Assembly (NCBI GenBank): GCA_002633005.1
Contig: NMRA01000907.1
Span: 20,255 to 84,254 of the forward strand
Origin: Phoronis australis
Taxonomy: Eukaryota; Animalia; Phoronida
Direction: 5' to 3'
DNA length: 64,000 bases
The notes below the pieces were generated by a model, which worked only from the letters and a program-made list of their open reading frames with translations, was not told the DNA's origin and ran no database searches. This document shows positions 40,678 to 53,100 of this stretch, piece by piece. The translations under genes were made by a program, and so were the position numbers. How positions within the stretch are numbered: the stretch's first letter is position 1; the number at the start of each line of letters is the position of its first letter.

Positions 40678-41631
40678 TCAGGCTAACAAATTTTCACTGT
40701 TCAGTACAGTCGAATGAACTTTGTTCTTTTTGCAAAAGCAAAACACGTATCTACACGATTCTCTACAATGCCTGGATCGTAGACCGTACAAACAACCGTT
40801 TAGAAAAGCACTGGAATAGGCGCACCACATTACGACACGATGTGCAGATTGAGGCCATTCGCCGTTAGGATCCGCCACCGTCCGAGCAGTCATGGGGGCG
40901 AAGCAGACGACAAACAAGATTAACGCCATCGCTTGAGTACCAAATTCCTTTGACGCCTTGTGAAAACGATGGGGATCGCCGTCATCGCGCGACAACCGAG
41001 TTTTTACAATAATCAGTAGACTGCACGTAATTAATATAATACAAACAGATGTAAATCCCACAACCACTAAAATCAACGTTAAACTATCGATTTGTCTCCC
41101 GTTTTTACTTCCATAATTATCGCAAATCCCTGAAATTGGTAGCTTGTCTCGCCTGTAACCGCCAAAAGTTGTGAGCGCCACCAGTAACGAGCAGACAAAC
41201 GAGCACAGCAATAACACGGTCGTGTTTCTCCATGAAAACAGCTGGTCATAAAACACCTCATTCCATACTCTTACGCAGCGATTCACTGCCACTGCCGATG
41301 TCGTTAGAAAGGATAGCCCAACGCAGATGCGTAATATTATTTCACCTATAAAACACGGCGACGATTCGCCTAATAGTGCATAATTCGACAAAATGTTGCC
41401 CAGAAAGATTGGTAAAACTGTTGTTAACAGCAGAAGGTCCGACAGTGCTCGAACAAGTAGCAGAACTTTACCCGCCTTGCGACGTAACTCCTCGCGCAGA
41501 ATAATAACACCTACAACAACCACATTGGGAAGAAAGCCGACCGGAATGAGCATTGATAGAAAAACCTTTTCCGTAGCATTCAGAGCTGACGTCACGTTTT
41601 CGTAGCCATTGGAACTTCCACGGAGCACCAT
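40678..41631 (-). CDS. Class A GPCR, diverged paralog of the 30546 receptor (~317 aa)
   Basis: Seven TM segments; NVT/NAT sequons; ALSD, AVNRC, CFAP, FLNGCLYGLRS. Shares NYA.L..S..C and DP.G.WP..AH+.VMW with the other GPCR. ATG at 41631, preceded by a ttttccag acceptor at about 41657. Confidence 0.9.
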   Translation of the reverse strand: MVLRGSSNGYENVTSALNATEKVFLSMLIPVGFLPNVVVVGVIILREELRRKAGKVLLLVRALSDLLLLTTVLPIFLGNILSNYALLGESSPCFIGEIILRICVGLSFLTTSAVAVNRCVRVWNEVFYDQLFSWRNTTVLLLCSFVCSLLVALTTFGGYRRDKLPISGICDNYGSKNGRQIDSLTLILVVVGFTSVCIILITCSLLIIVKTRLSRDDGDPHRFHKASKEFGTQAMALILFVVCFAPMTARTVADPNGEWPQSAHRVVMWCAYSSAFLNGCLYGLRSRHCRESCRYVFCFCKKNKVHSTVLNSENLLA

Positions 41632-43572
41632 TGTTCTTTTTTGAGTCACGGTAATCCTGGAAAATTATGTAGTATGGCAATGAGGTACTCAAATGCGTGG
41701 AATGTTATTAACTCTACGTTATTGTTCTTAAGACTCTTAATAACATTTGGTTGCTGAACTCAGCAAAAAATTTCCTAAAAATGGTTCCAATCCCCTTGTG
41801 AATGGTAGACCAATGTGACTCGTTTTGAACAGAAGTAACTGTATTTTTGAGAGCAATGTGAAATAATTTTGACATTGTTTTTCGACCATTTGCTTTTCCA
41901 AGAAATTTTGTTAAAACACCCAACTAACCTGTTTTATTCACCTTTTCGCTCGTTACGTGTTCATTTCTCCCCGTTCTCTAGTTACAGCTGTGCTGACGAA
42001 TACTATTCGTGTACTTCAATGATGTCATCGCGCCCAGGTTTGATGTTGGTGGCGGATTCCAAGAAGTAGGAATTCAAACCGGACTTGCTCAACGTAACAG
42101 AAAGAAAACTCGTTGCAGACCGTTGTCCTCGGTTCAGCTGTGCTCTGCATCTACATGTGTTAATGATGCTTTCTCACGGCAGTTTTTGCCACGTATAGTA
42201 TTCATAGTGTAGTATCGGTATCTATATATATTGACATTCTTCCATCTGAAATCCATATTCATTGATCTGCGAAGTGCGATTAATTGATTATAGATCCGGA
42301 TTACCAGTGCCTAGTCGAGATGACAAATATTTGTACTTTAACTATAGGTATTGATGATCTCCGCTTAGACAACGTAGGCTTAACATGTTGGTTCACAGAA
42401 ATATTTGTTCGGTCACACTTCTAAACGCTTGCGTACGCGTCTGTTTGTGTTCAGACATTAGTTGACCAGTGTCCCTTGTGTGGCTCAATACCACATGTTT
42501 ACGAAAAAGCATTTATCGAGCTTATGAAAATAAGGCCTGGCCGTTCTATTTATTTGTACATCGGTTGAGTGCATCATGGCGATTTTGCAATGAATTCAAT
42601 CAATACAGTCGTTTCGTTTTAAAACAAATTCCTACACGCAAACATTGTTACTCCATTGAATGACACCCGCTATTACCTGTTCATTGGTCTACGTCTTCCA
42701 TTCCTTCTAGTTTCTCCAAAAATTAGTCATAAACTAATACCGATGACGGTCTGAGCTGCCGTTACTTTTATGAATAACTATAGCTACTGCTTTAAATTAC
42801 TGGGAGTAGACATCTCACCGAACACATGGTGTATCTTTCAACACGCCACAGATTTTTCAAAAGAAACTAAATTTAGCAAAATTCAAGTTTATATTTTATG
42901 GTTGCACAATAATAAAATGACCGCCAAGATGAATTACTTGGAAGTGGCTCAATTCTTTTATAAGCACAGGCAATTATACGAAGAGCTGAAATGTTCCTCA
43001 CTAGCTAAACAACAGCAGGATGCAAAAACACAATAGCATGTCATTCTGTCACACTAGCCAATTACAGAAGAGAATCTTTGCCAATAACGCAAGCTGCTTC
43101 ACATGAACTCCGTCCACCGTTAAATACCATATACAAATTCACAGGCACTTAAAATTAATATGTTCCTCGGTCACCACTGGCACGATCCACTGTAATAAAA
43201 CTTTGTTGCGGTGCGTCATTGAGAATATTCGTCGGCCTGTGTACAAATTGCACTACACGGAAACACTGCTCATTTTGATCACGCATGCATGCACGCATAC
43301 ACACATTAGGGCAAATAAGCACAGGCATATATACATGTGTTTAGTAATATGTAAATCTTATACAAAATGTTGTTATCACTTACACATTAACAGTTTGCTT
43401 ATATTGTATTCCGTGGAGTATATTGGATGTATAGCACTGACGTTATTTTCCTAAGGTGTCAGGTTTATGGTATTGATTCCATCAGTCTTCCAACGTTATG
43501 CATGGGAAATAAAAACTACATGTAGGCCTACAGTCTTTTATATTCTATTGCTCACTTGCATTGGATCGCATT

Positions 43573-43889
43573 GTTACTGAAAAAGGTGGGGATACTCCGT
43601 TTGTAGAAATGGTTGGATAGACGGTATCAAAAATTTGTTTAACTTAATTGACTTGTTGTATTGCATTGGTGGGGGCCCTCAATGAAACGGTTTTTCCCAT
43701 TGACTGAGACTCCACAGCTAAACTAAGCTAATATATGCCTAGGAAGAGTTTTAAATTTAATATGTTGCGTCTTTAGACCAAATTAGTGACCACGTGTAAT
43801 GATAGGTTACTGAAAAAGGTGGGGATACTCTGTTTGTAGAAATGGTTGGATAGACGGTATCAAAAATTTGTTTAACATAATTGACTTGT
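43573..43889. repeat. 84-bp local direct repeat (43573-43656 and 43806-43889)
   Basis: gttactgaaaaaggtggggatactc...taattgacttgt occurs twice with 2 mismatches. Confidence 0.9.
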
Positions 43890-46840
43890 AATCCTGTTTT
43901 CAAAATTTGGCTAATTGTATCATAGTAGAAGCTAGAAACAAACTATTTGAATACTCGAAACATATTTAGTCCGAGTCTTTTGTAACAGAATCGAAGTTAA
44001 GAATGTATATTTTATTTAAGCTGAGTTTTCAAGTGAACCGTGTGTGAAGCTTAATTTATCTCGTTCTGAGTGATCTGTTTTGGCTCCGTTCAGAAGAGGA
44101 AATCTTCCGAATGCACTTAGAAAAACTGGTCGTTAGTAAACACTCCTGTAAGTGAAAGACTGCTTGTGCTGGCTATTCCGATTCTGTGGAGGATGGGTTA
44201 CATTTTGTGTTCAGTGGTTGTTCTCTTTATAACTCACGGAGGTCTATTCAATTGTGTTTTCCTTCATGTCCCGAATTTTGCATTTTTCAGAAGATTAGAT
44301 ACGTTAAAACTGCTGTTTCAATACCTTGCCAAATATTTCAAGTCTGCTTTTGAACTTAGAAACCGTCGCATTTATGGTAGGCCTACATGTACAGTGAGTT
44401 GTGTGGCTATAGTGAATAATAAGCCCAACTGGGCTGGGTACTTGTTATTCTGACGAATGTTACACCTATAATTGTCTGAATTCATTGTGCTCACTATATT
44501 AAATTAATACATGCATACACACACACGCACACGCGTATACATACATCCGTACTTGCATGATTTCATACATACATACATTCGGCATTCAATCATTCATAGT
44601 CATAAAATTACATACACATACAGTACACCTTTCCAACTGTTTTATTATCTTTTTAAAATTGCACATGTAACGTAAGTTTATAAACGGGTCTCCGTCGGAT
44701 CTACGTTTTCAGTAAGTAGTGGGGGTTAGGGTTCGCGGGAATCCGAGTCGCCTAGTCATCATGTTCATTATCGCCACCTTTATCATCATGGTTATCCCCA
44801 TCCCCGTTCAGGTCTTTTCAGTTAATTTCGTCAAGTGCCGCTCATCCGAGTACTTGTGCAGGGAACAAATTGACACCAGTATTATAATGGTTCTATTATT
44901 GTTCTAAATCGCAAGATGACTTCTTATACAGTAGCCTTGAAAACAGAAGGGATATGTCCATATCCTGGGCTTGGTTTCACACATGATTCTCATGTGCCGA
45001 ATTCCTGATATAGGCACAGGTTCGAATATAGACGTGTGGGCCTAAATACGCGCATACATGGTCATAATATTTACACGTACGTACATGTACATGTTTGCAC
45101 CAAACTCAAGCTGTGTTGTGGCTGTGAATGAAACCCTAATACACATAAATGAATTCTGTACTTCAAGAGCGCACTGTTAACATGGTCTCTCAGTAGACAG
45201 TGGGAGGATGACCAACAGAATGAAACAGGTTTTATAATTACAGCTTGCAAAATAAGCAAATTATATTCATTTATTGCGAATGTGTTGTTTTAATAGTTCA
45301 GCCTTGCAATATTTAACGACACCCTACTCTATATTCATAAGATTGCGTGAACAGCAAGAAATGAAAAGTTACGCTAGATGGCGTGCACAACTCAGTATTA
45401 CAATTGTTCGGGAGGTTGCCTGGTCAAAATAGTCGATGATTTTCCATTATTGGACCGTGAAATACAACGGAACAGTTACATATATAATTACACGATATTT
45501 ACAATGAAAATAGATTGAAGAAAATGAAAGAAACACGTAGTGTCAAAGCACAGTGGGGCAAATCGGTAACTATATAATCACGTGAAGTGTAGACAATTAT
45601 TACATATGTACATACGTCGTACAATTCCAAGTGGTGGCACTGCTGTGTACAAATATTAGAACTAGAGCGGAACTCGGCCACCATAGTGAGACGTCAGCTG
45701 TCTTTTGATGGACATCCCGAAATTATGGACAGTATATTGTATATTGTTTACACAAATACTTACTGCAATATAAAATCAACTCACCACACTTAAATAAAAT
45801 CTGTTCAATAGCACACAATAATCCTACACTATGCTGAACTCGGCACTCGGATACTTTGTGAGGGTGAATTTAACTACATTGGCCAACATTGATTCGCCGT
45901 TGTCGAGCCAATACAGGAACACGAAACCACGCTGATCCGATGATATTCCAAACATAAATGTCTGATTTATGTTAACGTGCTTAACGAATTCGTTCGTCTC
46001 ACATCCGGAGTGTCATTCTAAAGTACAGGCACGAACTTAGGCCGATTAAACTCCCTAAAAACCGAATGGAAAGGATTCATTTTGCAACCGAACTAATAGA
46101 AGATTTTCATAATTTGCCGAATTTCGTCGTCTTAAAATTATACAGACCAAAAGTTTTTGCATGGATTAGTAGAGAACACCTGCAAAACGAATCTGTCCTG
46201 CGAAAGGGTTACTTATTCACTAAAGCTCATACATAATTCATCTCATTCTTTCTCGGCAACGCAACGTTCTCATTAGACTTCCTACATGTAGGAGCGATTA
46301 TAGCGGAGTTTCCCAGACACACATCCCCAAAGACATATAGCTAAAGACAGGCACCCTGTTGTTGAAAGCATAACCTTGTGATTTGATGCTCAACGTGTAG
46401 TCAACATTTAGGTAAAGTTTACAACAAAAAATCACTATGACTACGCTTGTACCAAGAATGGGATGCGGTCCGTAAGGAAATGTACAAAGTGGTAGTGACA
46501 TTCGAAGTGATCAACGTGGGGAGTTTGTGGACGTTGGTCCTGTTCCTTTGTTTTATGCGGCCTGGAGAACGTTTCATGTTTCTTAGAGGAAGAGCGAAAA
46601 CGAGTTGGTAACTCGTGCGACCAGTTTCCCAAAAGGTTACGTCATTAAATCGCAACAGTTCAGTGAAACAGGGTCCATAGGCCAATTTGTAATTCTTGCC
46701 AGTGCATTGCCTTATACGGACCGTATCCCATGTTGACATATCACTTTCTGTACTAGCATGACCATACTATTTTGTTATTTTTTTGTAAATTTTGGCCCCT
46801 TCAAGTTGATCATCAAACCATAAAGTCGTACCATCATAGA

Positions 46841-47158
46841 TCACAGTACACGATCTGGCCTTCCATGGAAAATGTCCGCACACAAGTCAGGATAATCGTT
46901 TAGAAAGAAGTCATAAATGAACTCCATTCTCACTCCCTGTTCAATCTCTTTAAGATGAAATTCCCCAGGCGCCACCCTTATGTCATGTCCGCACGTGTGC
47001 ATGACAGCCACGCACGCCTCCTGTTGGTGGTTAGCTACAAAGCCTGGGCTTCCTGAGCTGCCACTGCCGAATTTTGAACTGGATTGGTAAAGCGCTCGCC
47101 GTCTGTCTGTTATGTTTTTGAACATGTCTTGTTTATATTTCCTGTGTAGCCCAAGGAG
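46841..47158 (-). CDS. Last exon: protease C-terminal lobe with catalytic Ser
   Basis: Acceptor cttacag|ctc, phase 0; ALYQSSSKFGSGSSGSPGF...VAVMHTCG...IEQGVRM resembles FAM111 Y.T.F..GxSGSPVF...VAMHxxG...IEFG; ends in TGA. Confidence 0.9.
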   Translation of the reverse strand, partial: LLGLHRKYKQDMFKNITDRRRALYQSSSKFGSGSSGSPGFVANHQQEACVAVMHTCGHDIRVAPGEFHLKEIEQGVRMEFIYDFFLNDYPDLCADIFHGRPDRVL

Positions 47159-50100
47159 CTGTAAGTATAACAATGTGACTTCAGTGGTAAATGACAGGTA
47201 AAAACATGTAACGTGTCGGTCACTGATGTAAGCAAACTATGACTGTCGATCATTGAAATAGTACAATATTCTAGTTACAAAAAAGGTTTAATTTTAAGAG
47301 TGTATTTAAAAGGCATAAAATACATAACTTGTTTCCAAGAGTTTAACTCATATGTCTATGCTCCCTTTTCCCTGAACTCAAGAGAACAACTGGCATGTTT
47401 AAATTCAGTGACATGGGTATTTTAAAAGCATTCAGCTGACAAATGTCCAGTAATCCTACCGTTATAAACCTCACCCTACAATGATCTATATAACTAGCCG
47501 AATTGGTTTTATTTAAAAATGGACAAAAGTATATTGTAGGTCACATTCCATTCATTCCGAATGACATAGTAAATGTTATCGTACCTTTTCTATATTTTGT
47601 GGCGATGTACAATCATAGTCAATAGTACACATCGTATCCAAAACTTTCCCATCGCCAACTGGATGTCCAACAAAATGAATATATCGCTGTGCATCAATAG
47701 TTGCAAACTCAGTAATAGGCGGCGGAAGTGGGCATTCACTGATCTTCAGACATCGATTGAAGGCTCTTGGAAGTGATGCCTCGAAATTGAGGTCTAAGAC
47801 GGCCACATCGAGGTCCTCGCAATGAGCCAATATGGCGCGGATAGGCGCTGCAACGACACCGTCCACTTGACGAGGCTTGTTAAAATGAAACAGAGCCACG
47901 TTATGCTCGGCTGTAAAATACACATTAGAAATGACCAACAAACAGTTCAGAGCTTATAGGTTGTTACATACTACCTAAACAAGCAGACTACAACCAAAAG
48001 ATTCTGTTACCCGATGATACATGACAGAAGCTGTTAGGGTGTAGTGTAACACTGTTTCATTTGTAATGGAAGTTGAAAAGTACAAATTGAAACATTGCTT
48101 TCTTGTCTCTTAGCTTCTAGTGGCTGTCAATTGTAAGGTGTATCAACTCATAATGCATTATAGAACGCACTAAATGACTCCAATTAATGTGCTATATAGA
48201 TTATCCCACATACATAGAAATACTACTGTCATACCCTATCCAGAATTCATTTCATCTGGGAATGTCCCGGATGAGATGTGTTGTTGTTGTGTGCTTTGGC
48301 TTGTTGTTACATGACGTCATATCCATGTCAAGCCTACCTGCGCCTGTACAGCGATAGGTGATCTGTGAGGCTTAACAGCTAGTTCAGTTTTATTTCATAT
48401 TGAATTGATAAGAACTTTCAGTTTTTGAGATGTTCAAGTTAAAAAGATGAATAATTCAATTATAAATGTTAGTCGGGAACTTTGAAACAATCTCTCCGGA
48501 AGTATAAAAGTTGATCAGTTTTGCTAGCAGCAGTTTGTCGCTTTAGCTTCGATGAATTTCGTAGTTTTCTAGGTCTATTTTCCTGTATTAGGTTATGAAA
48601 CAGAACTAGTATTAGAAATGTTTCCCCTTGATGCCTTGATGGCAGAACTGGAAAGTAACGGTGGACACTGTGCCGTGTTTGAGATATCAGGAAAGTATGT
48701 CAAAAAGCAGATTTTACGCTACCAGGAGAGCCGAGGAACGCTGCGAGCGCACGCTTGTGTCGGTAAAAAGGTGCATGTTCGATGTTAGGTATCATTTCTT
48801 TGTGATTATCTTAGCTCTCAGTGTACAGTAGATATACTGCACATAAATGCTTCCATAAGAAAACGTTTTCGTTCGATTTGACTGTGCTGTAATATTGTTT
48901 TTCAACCCACTCATGGAATATAAAAGGCACCAAATGACTCCACTTGAACGGCAAAAACCTGTTGGTCCTTTAAACAAGGAAAGGAATCAACAATTAGTCG
49001 AACATGGCGGACTTCAAAGCTAGTCGACTGGACTGCTAAACCAAATTGCCGGTGATCAAACCTGTTGTTCGAACTTCAAAACGGAATGGTTTCACCCAAA
49101 AAATAGTTGACTGGACCAAAAACAGGATGGCCGGTCCCATAACCAGTTGTCCAGAGATCAAACAGGACGGCTGACTTCCTCAGAGACTCCCATTTAATTC
49201 GTTCTCAAGGATTCAAGTGATATCTACTGTCTGTGCACCCGCCAGCCCGTTTTAGGTGTGTTCAACCATTTTTTGTGTGCCGCCATCTGGTTTTAAGGTC
49301 CAACCACCAGGTTAGAACAAGGGGAATTTTATTTTTCAGTCCTGCCAACTTGTTTCAAAGTCCAGGCAAGTGGTTTTGAAGTCTGGGCAAAGGGTTTTGA
49401 AGTCTGGACAAGTGGGTTTGAAGACTGGGCAAGTGGTTTTGAAGACTGGGCAAGTGGTTTTGAAGTCTGGGCAAGTGGTTTTTAAGTCCGGGCAAGTGAT
49501 TTTGTCCGACCATTTGTTGATTCCCCTCCTTGTTGAAGCTGCTTTCGCGCCCTGTTATCGAGTTAGATAAAAACGAAAATAGAATTAGGCATTGTATTCC
49601 CGTGAAGTCAGTGTCGTCAGATTATTTGCCGTGATAAAATTCTTTCTACTACAACGGAAAATATGGAAACCATTAGTGACCCAAGAAAACGCTTCCAACG
49701 TTATTAGAGTTGGCCTTATAGACATCACACAGACTGGGTGGGCAGAACACATGGAGCTCACCTTGTCAACGTATGACGCCATATTGGAAAGTGTGACACA
49801 AAACAAAAATGTCGCAAAACACTGAGACACCTACAACATCAGTCAGGAAATATCCGGGGCTCGATGTGTTACATGTATGCCTGCAGCCAAAGAGTTGAGT
49901 GTATTGGTCCTACCATTGAATCATAGCTTTTTGGTTCTGCCATAGAGTTTAGTGGTGCTGCTTAGGTTCTGTCACCGTAGTTTAACCAGTGTAACCATGC
50001 GTTGTTTCCACCCAAGTCTAGTCTTGTTGACTGAGATCATATCAAATCAATTTAAAAAATAATTATTGGCCAGCATATGATGTTATCGAATGTTGATGCT

Positions 50101-53100
50101 GTTTGTTAATTGTACTTAAGTAAATATGTGGTATTAATGACAATGATATGTTTTTACTTGTACTGAAAAACAGAATCTGCATCATGATGCCCGCCACTCA
50201 TCCAAATCAGTACATCTACGTGAGTAACATATTTTTATTGAAATACGTACTGCCTTAAAAACTCTTTCTGAATATATATTCCCTAATCAGATATTTTTAT
50301 GTTGTATAAAGGTAAATCCACAGTCTGTACTTATGTCGCACTACTTTGCTTGCCAACAGTTGTTTTGTGACTTAAAAACTGCGTAAAAAGTGCAAAGTAA
50401 CAAAACTAGCATACCTGCACAACTGAGCTGTGCACACGACTTATATTCAATTACGAAGAATTTTAAACTCGAAACCGAGTGGAAATATTTCCATCGGAGC
50501 CGGTGTTCATTAAACAATGACCCAGTGAAAAAAATGACTATGGGTATTTTTTTCAAGGGGTATAAATTCAATGTGAAGAATTTGCCACTCGTGAATATTA
50601 CGATCAAAAGTTGGAATATGGTACCGGTAAGCATGGCGCTACTAACACATAGTGTACACACAAGGTAATGCAACACAGTCACTGAATGTCCTGGCGCTCA
50701 CTTAAGACTGGCCTTCTAGTTAGATAAGTTATAACGTTGTTTATAAAAGTACCTGAACCCCAATAGTTTTAAAACAACAGATCGCTATACAGCTCTACAT
50801 TTTTATTTGTGAAAAAAATGCCTTAATTCAAACAATTGCAAGTTCGTACTTACGTTCATGACTAAGTTCTTTTAATACATGACAGTTTGTCATGATGTAA
50901 GTTGGACCAACACGGAACCCAGATCCCACTCCTGTCCCGTCTGCTCTTGCCAATAACGCTACAGATTGGAGAGCGTCAGAAAGAGACTTGTGTAAGTCCG
51001 CCCACATCACGTTCTTACCAGGAGCATGGAATTGTGTTGTTGAACCGGTTAATTGTGTCGGAGACTGTAGGAGTGGAAAGTAATCTGGAAAATATAGAGC
51101 TGGTTCATGTAGGAACTCTTACGCTGAAACTGGAATAGGAACAGGAATTATTTTATCAAATTTGACTCCTTCCTTAAACTTTACAATTACCTGACTGCCT
51201 GGTAACCACCTCCAGTATGTCCAAGTCGCCGTCGTTTCTCTTGTTTACAGTAATTGTGACCTGTCCCTTACCGACGGCGATGGTTTGGCCTTTTGAGTAG
51301 ACATAACGTTCGAGCATTGCACAAAACTGCTTTTCAGACGGGGCAGCCCTCGCCCCCAGACATTGATCGGATGAACCCGCAGTCGCATGGGGTCTCATTT
51401 CACCACCACACTGGACACTTTGCTCCATTTTTTTGGATCGACGAGTCTGTTCCATGTGTTGCTGGAGGTGACATTGTTAAATGTAAGTAATTGGCTATTT
51501 CACATGGATTGTAATCAATACACCTCAAAAGCTTTAAACAACATGCATCCCCAAGCACTACCTCAGGAAGTAAGTTTTTCACATGAAACCTCGTCAACTG
51601 AACTTCAAGGCCGCATGCGCAGTCGTGCAACTAGGTTTGAGTGTAGCAGTGGCCTCAGGTAACTCTCACCGAGTCGAAAGTTAACGAACTGAATTAGTTC
51701 TCGATGGTTCCCTGCGTGTCCGCAAGGGGGAAGAGAACTGCAGGTATTATTTAACAGTCCTCGGTAAAATTGATACACCTGGGTATTTGCCTTACACCTA
51801 AGTTAGTCTGGACGCAAGCTACGGAAACTTTGTCTCAGAAAGCACAGAAAGCAATTTTTTCAATTAAACGTTTCCAGTCAAAATGTGGACGACTTTCACC
51901 GAAAATTGCACTCGAGATTTTTGATAAAATGGTATACCCAATCATTAGCTATGGAAGTGAGATTTGGGGATTTAAAGAATACACTAGTATCGAGCGCGTT
52001 CAATTGAAATTCTGTAAGCAACTGCTGGGTGTTGGAAGTAACTGTCCAAATCATGCTGTCCTGGGAGAACTGGGAAGGTATCCAATTTATGTAAAGCTGT
52101 TTGTTAAACTGATCAAGTATTGGTTTAAATTGTTAAAAATGCCAGCACATCGAAATCCAAAATCTGTCTATGACAAGCTTGTCACATTGGATGAGGCTAG
52201 TAGGAAGAATTGGGCTTCATCTGTTAGGAATTTGCTGCAAAGGTATGGTTTTGATTTGGTATGGTACAATCAGGGAGTTGGCTGCGAAGCATCGTTTCTT
52301 GTCATTTTTGAGCAACGAATTAAAGATTGTTTTTTACAAGACTGGAGCTTTGCTGTGGAGAATAGCTCAAAACTTAATACGTATTTCTAATTTAAAATTA
52401 ATTTTGAAATGGAATCCTATCTGTTGCGTGATATTCCATATATCTTTTTAGCAGCTATGGCTAAATTACGTTTCTCCAACCACAACTTGATGATAGAGAA
52501 AGGTAGACATACTCTCGTGGACCAAAAAATACCGTGTGTGTTGTTTCTGTGTGTCCCTAATTGAAGATGAATACCATTTTATATGTGTTTGTAAAATGTA
52601 CTGGTCTCTGAGAACTGCATTTATACCCGAGTGGTGCTGGCGAGAACCAAATCAACATAAATTTGTAAAACTTATAAAAATGTCGGAGCCCATTGCTCAG
52701 ATTAATCTAATGAAATTTGTATTTCACGCCACTGCTCTCAGGGAAAAACTGCTCAGCGTTATCCTGTAAATTTCATGTAACATGTGGGCCAAGGCCTTAA
52801 ATGTTGAAATACATGAATTTATTTATAAAAGTATTATGTAGTGATATTGAATATAACCGACACCCTACATTGTATTCACCGTGGCCCCGACTTTCGTCAG
52901 CGTTTTGTTTCGTTCCCTTTTCATTATAAATCCGTCATGAGGTGTGTGGTCTAGCTCCGTCTGGCGATTTTTCAAGTTACTAAACTAAACGCCTGAACCC
53001 TGTGCATAGGGTTTTAGATGTGGCATGGTTTACTAAAACGCTTATTTTTACGTGTATACATGAGATTTTATTTTGGCGGTTTGATCGTAGCAATATTAAT

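Noticed and set aside
49370-49570. ORF with repeated VLKSGQV heptads
   Set aside because: Translation of a 21-bp tandem array inside an intronic MITE.
51085-51131. Alternative acceptors at 51129 and 51123 for the His exon
   Set aside because: Both introduce an immediate in-frame TAA; only the acceptor at 51084 keeps the frame.
51770-52390. 206-aa ORF as a host gene
   Set aside because: LINE ORF2 C-terminal fragment with a premature stop, antisense within an intron.
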